In this document: positions 57,123 to 64,000 of the stretch, in pieces
Layout: each line of letters opens with the position of its first letter
Numbering within the stretch: the stretch's first letter is position 1
Assembly (NCBI GenBank): GCA_028023455.1
Contig: JAQFVV010000007.1
Span: 15,252,001-15,316,000, forward strand
Reading direction: 5' to 3'
DNA: 64,000 nt
From: Epiperipatus broadwayi
Taxonomy: Eukaryota > Animalia > Onychophora
Position numbers and translations under genes: made by a program
Notes under the pieces: model-generated
The model's database searches: none
The model's input: only the letters and a program-made list of their open reading frames with translations
What the model was told of the DNA's origin: nothing

Positions 57123-57639
57123 ACAATATTTGAATAATATTAATTTGAATAAGAAAATTTGTTTGCGTTGAAGTGTATATGAAAGCAATATATATATGAT
57201 TATATGAAGACATGCAAAGAAAGTGAAAGAGAATACTAAAAGTAAATATAATAAATCTATTTTTTTAAGCTTGATGTAGCCATTCTTATAAAACTCATAT
57301 TGCAGAGGAAAAAGTTTAATATAACAGATATATAGCTCCCAGGTTATTTGGAAAGGTAGGTCAATCAGTGAATGAACAGGACATAGCGAAGAAGCCAATG
57401 TTGTTAAACTTGGTGTGCCCAATGATGCAAATTCTCATTTTATTAGTGTATATGCTCCATCATTAGATTGTAAGAAGTCAGAGAAAGAAAGATTTTAATC
57501 CTTACTGGATAGTATTATTAAAGTAATATCATTAAAAATAATTGTTTTTTTTCTTGGTGACTTTAATGCACATGTTGATACAAATAATAGACTTTGGCCA
57601 AAAGTTGTTGGAAATAATGATACTGTTGCTGCAAATTCA

Positions 57640-57877
57640 GTCTCACATGATCACCATTTCCTATGCTTGCTCATAACTGTTATTAAAACAGGAAAAACTC
57701 TCCATACACTAATGCTACTCAGTGCAAGCCAGAGTAATCAATGGATGCCAGAAACAAGTCTAAGGATATTGGATGAGTGGGCACTAGATAGGGATTTTAT
57801 GCATAAGCCTTCTGGCAATCATTGATTACTCTGGCTTGCACTGAGTGGCACCACTGTATGGAGAGTTTTGCCTGTTT
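57640..57877. mobile_element. Short family A insertion with inversion, possible 7-bp TSD
   Basis: AAATTCA at 57633-57639 and 57878-57884; plus arm starts at GAAACAAGTC (HHR 3' half). Confidence 0.8.
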
Positions 57878-58491
57878 AAATTCAAAGTCTGTTGTTATTC
57901 AACTTTTGCACAACTTATGAAGTGATTATTACAAACACTTTGATTAGGCAGAAAATTTATTATAAAATGGCATGAATGCATTCATGTTTAAAATAATAAT
58001 ATTTAATAGATTATATATTCTTTATTATCATTCTCATTGTTGTTTGTAATAAGCTGGCATCAATGTTTTAATGTTAGTGAAAGAAAAGGTTTTATATTTT
58101 TATATTAAATATGGCTGAGCATGCTTCCAATGTGGAACACCAGTTTTTAGCACTCATGGGTTGGCTAGTTGTGCCACTGTATTTATTGGTGGTAGATTAA
58201 TTATTTAAGTTAAGTACTTACATATTCTACTTACTTAACAGTGGGATGTTTTTTTTGTTGTTGGTGGTGGTGCTGTGGTTGTTGTTAGTGATAAACCATG
58301 CCTCTTTAACTTTTCTCTTCCTGACATATTATAACGTGGAGTCAGAATGCAAAAGAAGTTTATATATATGCAAAGTATATATTGTTGACTTGATCATAGA
58401 TTAGTAGACTCCAAGATTGAAATGATGGTTGCATTAAAATTAGATATTATTCCTATCATATTCACAAAAAAACATGTTCACTCTTTGTCAA

Positions 58492-58590
58492 GCATTGGTG
58501 GCTGCATGATCAGCACAATTGCCTTACAAGCAGTTGTCCTGGGTTTGCGGGTTTGCTTCCCAGCCGATGCTTGGACACATGGGGACAAAA
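58492..58590 (+). mobile_element. tRNA-Gly-derived short retroposon copy
   Basis: gcattggtgg..gccttacaagcagttgtcctggg..gatgcttggacacatggggacaaaaa. Confidence 0.55.
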
Positions 58591-59576
58591 AGAATCTAGT
58601 ACACATACTAAATTAGATAGCTCTTAAACAATAAAATTGCTAATTTGGACCTTCAGAATTATCATATTACTGATTCATGGAGTTTCCTTAAAAAGTATGC
58701 GTTATGGATACAAGTAAATCTATTCTTAGATGTACTAAAAAGAAAAATCAAGACTGTTTTTCTGACTATGAATTTGTTGTGTCGGTAATTTAATTTAAAA
58801 AAAAAAAAACATAGCATTTTCTGCTTGGCAGAATAATTAATTAAATATGGAACTTCATAATAAATATAAAGATTTGAAACTAGAAGTTCAATGACAGACA
58901 AAAAGACTGCAAAAAAAGATACCGGTATTGACTGATTGTAATCATTCTAAATATTTATTTTGATACATTGGGCACATGAAGCTGAGAAACAATTTCACAA
59001 TCTTATTAAATCCAGCAATGACATTTTCTTAAATAATGACAATAATATTTTGAATAAGTGGAGAGTATTCCAATCATCTTCTGAATTATCATACAAGAAT
59101 TGAGATGACAATTTTAATAATATACCCATTTTATCTACTTTAGATTTAGACAAAGATATCCAAATTTAATAAAGCCAAAACATTTTTTTGTAATCTTAAC
59201 AATGGAAAGGCTGCAGGTCTTTGTGAAATACTTGGTGAAGTTTTAAAATATAGTGATAATGGTAGCTCTAACAATATATGATATTTTTAAAAATACATGG
59301 ACCCATAAAAGTTGTGCTGCCTAATATTAACAATGTTTCTATTATTTTAATTTTTAACAATTAAAGAAATAGATAAAATTGCAATAATTTTTACATAATA
59401 TCATAATTATTCTCTACAACAAGAGTACTTTTAATACTAAGTTTGCATTTTATACATAATTAATGATGCTATATATAACAATTGATAAGCTAAGCACTTT
59501 TGAGAATTCTATATTCCCATATTCACTAGTAGTTAGTGAGTCCCATAGTAATTTATTCAAATTTATTCAATAATGT

Positions 59577-59902
59577 TTAAACAGCCCACTTTTTAGAGAT
59601 AGTAAAGCCATTGTCTCTTTGGTTGATTGCTTTGCGATCATCTGCTATAAAATGAGCTTCCTTCACTTTGCATTTCATGTCATTGTGCTCTGTGCACATT
59701 ATATCTTGTCTGAGGCCAGTTGGACGGTGTGGCCAGTGACACTTTCATGCTCTACAAATATTGAGCTGCCTTTAGCCTTAGCTCACATTCTGTGGTATAT
59801 GTATCGATGTTGCGATATTCTAGTGGCAATATTTGCTTTAGTTTTGCCATAGTATGTTGCTTGAGATTCTCGTTGGGGGCAAGTCATCTTGTACATGACA
59901 TG
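59577..59902 (-). pseudogene. Penelope-like element GIY-YIG endonuclease remnant
   Basis: HVMYKMTCPQRESQATYYGKTKANIATRISQH..SSIFVEHESVTGH.. then +1 frame EHNDMKCKVKEAHFI..AINQRDNGFTISKKWAV*; two internal stops and one frameshift. Confidence 0.78.
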
Positions 59903-61397
59903 GGAGGGGGGGTAGTTCAGATGTATTTATGGCCTTTTAATGATTTTGTTGAATAGATTGTTTCCAGTGATAGAAAAATGGTTATTGGAGATTCAATATG
60001 GTTTTAGAGAATCAAGAAGAATTACAGGCATGGTTTCTTATCACCGTGAAAATTCAAAAAAAATGTCCAGAATAAAAGAGTGATTTACATACTGCTTTAT
60101 TGTTTTGATCAATGTATTTAAGTTAGGGAACAGGTGTATGACATTATTTTAAATTAGTTGGTTATTATCCAATTTTTTTATATTATATAGCTTTTACATG
60201 ATGGAATAACAGGAAGAGATATTACAAGACATAAGAATCTGAGATATCTGAAATGAAAACTAGTGTTAAACAAGGATATGTTTTGATTCAAGATTGATTT
60301 TAATGTATATGATAGTGGTCTTTGGAACTGTTTATATGTGGCTTAATAAAACAGGTATCAAGGTGGAATTTAGATATGATCATAGAATATTTAATGTGAC
60401 TCAATTAGAAGCTAAAACAAACCCCTTTTTTATTGGAATTTTGGATTTACAGTCCAAACAATGACATTATAGAATGTATTCAATGTTTTAAAAGCAAGAT
60501 ATAAAGAACTTGGGTATTATAATGTCTAAAAAATTATTTCAATAATGGAAAAATAATACACAGCAACGTTTTGCTTGGATGTTTATTAACATGAGAATGT
60601 AAACCAATTGGAATACATTAGTACTTTTTAAAGAAAAAACGTGGACTTATTTGATGTCCAAGACAGATTTCAATAGCTATTGCTTTTAACAAATTAAAAG
60701 ATAGTTTATTTAATTGCTGGAAAAAGAATTACTGCAATTAAATTAGTTATATAGAGAGCTATTATTTTAATTAATTTATTATATGGGAGTGAGACCTGAA
60801 CACTTAATAAATAAATACATTAGAATTTTTAAAATACAAAGACACGATTGTAAAACCAACCAATATCTTCTTCAATTTTGTGCAGTCCATTATTGTAAAA
60901 TCACACTACCATTGAATCAAAGATATAAAATGCATAAACAATGTTTTATAGTAACTTGAGGATATTTTTCTGAGAAGTAAGTCCTGTTCAGATTATAACA
61001 ATTAACTCAAAGACGTTCTAAAAGTGCAGTATTGATTTTCCCATTGTGAAGATATGGCTGAGAACAAAATACATTTGGAGAACTACAATTAGAGATGATG
61101 TTCAACTAAAGAAAGTTTTCCGCAGAAAAATATAGAATACAGCATTGCAAAATGTCAAATAAATTTTAAAAATTGGCCATATATGTGTGTATATGTGTGA
61201 TTCACAGATTGGTTTGTACAGTTGTTGCAAAACTTATCTCTAGAATGTTTTTTTCTTCTTTTTTTTTAAGTTGGAATAGTCAAACTCATTTATGATTGAC
61301 TGCTGCTGATTGCTTATTAGCCCCATCTTCCAACATTTTTTCAAAAATTAAAATGTAAGTAGTAAACCTATTATTATAAAGCGCTGAAAACTTTGAA

Positions 61398-61599
61398 ATT
61401 ATTCAAAAGGAAGTCAATGTGCGATAATGCACTATTTCTTAAATATTATAAATCTCCGCGCACTCTCCCACTGGTAAGAATTTTAAAAACTTAAAAGATT
61501 CACTTAAGTTTTTTAAATTCTTAACGGTGGGAGAGCGTGCGGAGATTTATAATATTTAAGAAATAGGCATTATCAGAGATTGACTTCCGTTTGAATAAT
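61398..61599. repeat. ~200-bp near-perfect palindrome (MITE/foldback)
   Basis: Arms ~95 bp (ataaatctccgcgcactctccca / tgggagagcgtgcggagatttat), loop ~61495-61503. Confidence 0.9.
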
Positions 61600-62286
61600 A
61601 TAAGTAATAACTAAGTTCGATGGACACTAGATAAACCTTCTCTATTAAAAACTGTTTCCACTACAACCATCTATCATAAAAACTAACAACTTGAAATTTC
61701 AAATAATCTATTTGAAGCTCTAAATAGTTCTGGCATTAAATCCATAGGTATATATTTTAATGATATTAGGCACTTTTAGGTTTCTTATGAAAATATCGTA
61801 GATGCTAATGTTCACCATCATATTCTTATCTCATCATCAAGTAGCTATTGTGGATTCTCTCTTCCTCTCCACTCATGGGAGCATCGAAATCTTCTTTTTT
61901 AATATTTTTTTTCTTTCTATAATCCATAGTTCAATCTTTATGATTTTTTCCAGCTATTTTTTGATTTATTACTCATATATTGTTATTAGTTTGCCTTAGG
62001 CTAAATATATACTAGCAATATCAAACAATAAAAGGATAGGCATATTTACAGGTTTATATAAAAAATGTTTTTTGTTTAGAAACTGGCTTATATCATATCC
62101 TAGTATATGTATTAAGGATGTAGTATAAAATAGATTTATTAGCAGTATTGTATACATTTTCTAACCTATTGTGAAATTATATAGGAGAATAGTTTATGAC
62201 TGATTATTGCTGAATTGTTTAAAATAATATTGTTATCGGCATTATGCTGTGCTATTGCTGAAAAATATTAAAATATTAGTAAGAAA

Positions 62287-62929
62287 TCATTAAAAAAATA
62301 GTAAACTCTTCACACAGTAGTGCCACCCAGTACAAGCCATAGTAATCAATGTATTCAGGAAGGTTTGTACATAGATTTCTATTAGTACCTACTTATCCAA
62401 AATCCTTAGATTAGTTTGTAGCTCAAGACTTTCATCAGTGAAAAGTCTTGAATTTGAGAGCAGTGCACTTAGATCATAGAATTGAATGCAACCTTCAAGT
62501 AGCCACCTATTACAGTTTTAGTTAACTATAAAGCTATGAATGCAAAATAAAACAATAATGTTTTCAATCCAAGCTTATTTGTTTGTACAGTCATACAGAC
62601 CTGAACCCAGTTCAGTATTTATACATTTGATGTCTTTTATTTTTTAATAATCATAAACACCATATCCCATGGGCAGAGTTGGTATTAAACCATTAAAAAT
62701 CACATGATCACCATTTCCCATGCTTACACAATTATTAAAACAGTAGCAAATTCTCCACATATTAGTGTTACCCAGTGCAAGCTATAGTAATCAATAGATG
62801 CGAAAATATTTGTGTGTAAAATCTTTATCTAATGTCTAGATTACTATGGCTTCTATTGGATAGGCACTGATGTATGGAATGCTTACTACTGTTTTAACAT
62901 CTTGTGTTAGCATAAAAAAAAACGATCAT
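62287..62929. mobile_element. Older family A unit (-) with partial second unit and inversion; degenerate HHR ~62403-62443
   Basis: ca-CTGATGA-aAGTcttgaGCTa-CAAA-ctaatc; possible TSD GTAAGAAA 62279-62286 / 62930-62937. Confidence 0.72.
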
Positions 62930-63162
62930 GTAAGAAAAAAAAGGCAAATCAAAAAGAAAAGAGAGATAGGAAACAGACCCTCTTTATGAATGATTGTTGG
63001 AAAGTGGATAATAAATTTCATATGGATTTTAGTATGAAAATATCAATAGATAAAAAAAGACATTTAACTATGGCATCTCAAGTTTGCCAACATATACCCA
63101 GGAGATGAATCTCTTTTACATATTTATGATAAATAAACAAATAAATTATGGGAATGTTTCTA

Positions 63163-63256
63163 TTTTTTTTTCTCATATGTCAAAGCATCAGCCGGGAGGC
63201 GAACCCGGGATAACTGCTTGGAAAGCAGCTATGCTAACCACTAGGCCACCAAAATG
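63163..63256 (-). pseudogene. tRNA-Gly(TCC) pseudogene / short retroposon with A-tail
   Basis: TGGTGGCCTAGTGGTTAGCATAGCTGC-TT-TCC-AA-GCAGT..CCGGGTTCGCCTCCCGG; anticodon and T arms intact, acceptor stem mismatched; tail tttgacatatgagaaaaaaaaa. Confidence 0.75.
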
Positions 63257-64000
63257 ATAAACAAATTGCAGAAATATTTTTATTACTGCCGCGCATTATC
63301 ATTAGCGCTGCATACAAACGTAAACGGATATACATGCTCTGTTTCCTGTTATTTCCCATGCTTACTTTAAGTAATGAGAATTTAAATGTCACCACGATAT
63401 ATTTATTTACTCATTATATATATATATATTAGTTGCAATTTATATTGATTATATATTTTTTGTGGTTTACAAGGACAGAAATCACATTTAATTCCTCCCT
63501 GCTCACCAATTGGCAAGCTTGGCAAGGATTGCTTTTACTTCCTTCACAGTTTCTTTATGAAAGACAATTAGAGAAGATTTAGTCTTATCATTTTTTACTT
63601 ATTTACATATATATCACACGCTGTTTTAATTATTATACTGTATATATAAAAAGGGGAGGAGTAACAACTATTAAAATGTTAAATTTTGATAAAAAATTAT
63701 GAATAGGAATTGTCTTAACGATTGAAACGAAATATTTCTAAATTTTTGAAGACGGAAATAAATAAGCTTTTGATAGAATGATGAACTTATTTCTGGATTC
63801 CGTTTGTCACTTTGCCATTTAATGAGAATGTAATAGTCTCTTAATGTTGGTGAATTAAGACTAAAATCAAAGCTGATGTTTCTAAACTAACTATTAGTTT
63901 CTGTTGGCATCAAACTATCTTAATTTTGAGTGTTTCTGGCGTTATTGGTATTTGTGGATGAGACCGTGATGAAGTTATTAGTGTCGCAGATGAATGAAAA

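Larger units (their letters stand above)
57330..61100 (+). mobile_element. Long decayed RTE-clade LINE (APE endonuclease through RT) with nested insertions
   Basis: Ordered motifs ISVYAP (57442), GDFNAHV (57556, same frame), ITNT (~57930), NGKAAG (59201), QYGFR (~59995), VKQG (~60265), YGSET (60782). Confidence 0.78.

Noticed and set aside
63185-63256. Functional tRNA-Gly(TCC) gene
   Set aside because: Acceptor stem has multiple mismatches, the T-loop is altered, and it carries an A-tail shared with decayed copies.
63900-64000. Short open frame VFLALLVFVDETVMKLLVSQMNE at the window edge
   Set aside because: Too short, no clear acceptor or homology; cannot be evaluated without downstream sequence.

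Overview
AT-rich, CpG-depleted eukaryotic (probably invertebrate animal) genomic DNA. No host protein-coding exon could be supported; the window looks intronic or intergenic and is largely old and young mobile DNA. The dominant hidden signal is RNA-level. By eye I count about 38 copies of minimal type I hammerhead ribozyme (HHR) motifs (CTGANGA-stemII-GAAA-short, mostly palindromic stemIII-NUH, closed by stem I), about 10 with intact catalytic cores. They fall into at least five unrelated non-coding repeat families, labelled here A, B, C, E and F. Family A has a ~450-nt unit with one HHR, forms head-to-tail arrays, has a recurrent 3' end and inverted 5' segments, and is flanked by 12-14 bp target-site duplications, i.e. 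a retrozyme/Penelope-like (PLE) non-autonomous retroelement. Family B fuses a tRNA-like Pol III head to an HHR. A decayed PLE GIY-YIG endonuclease at 59577-59902 is a fossil of the expected helper. One recent ~440-bp tandem duplication breaks at a predicted HHR cleavage site. Also present: two ~1-kb (GATA)n arrays, RTE and other LINE remnants (one 420-codon open RT C-terminus), a mariner relic, tRNA-Gly-derived short repeats and several foldbacks. Family labels are mine, ribozyme activity is predicted not shown, and most boundaries are approximate.
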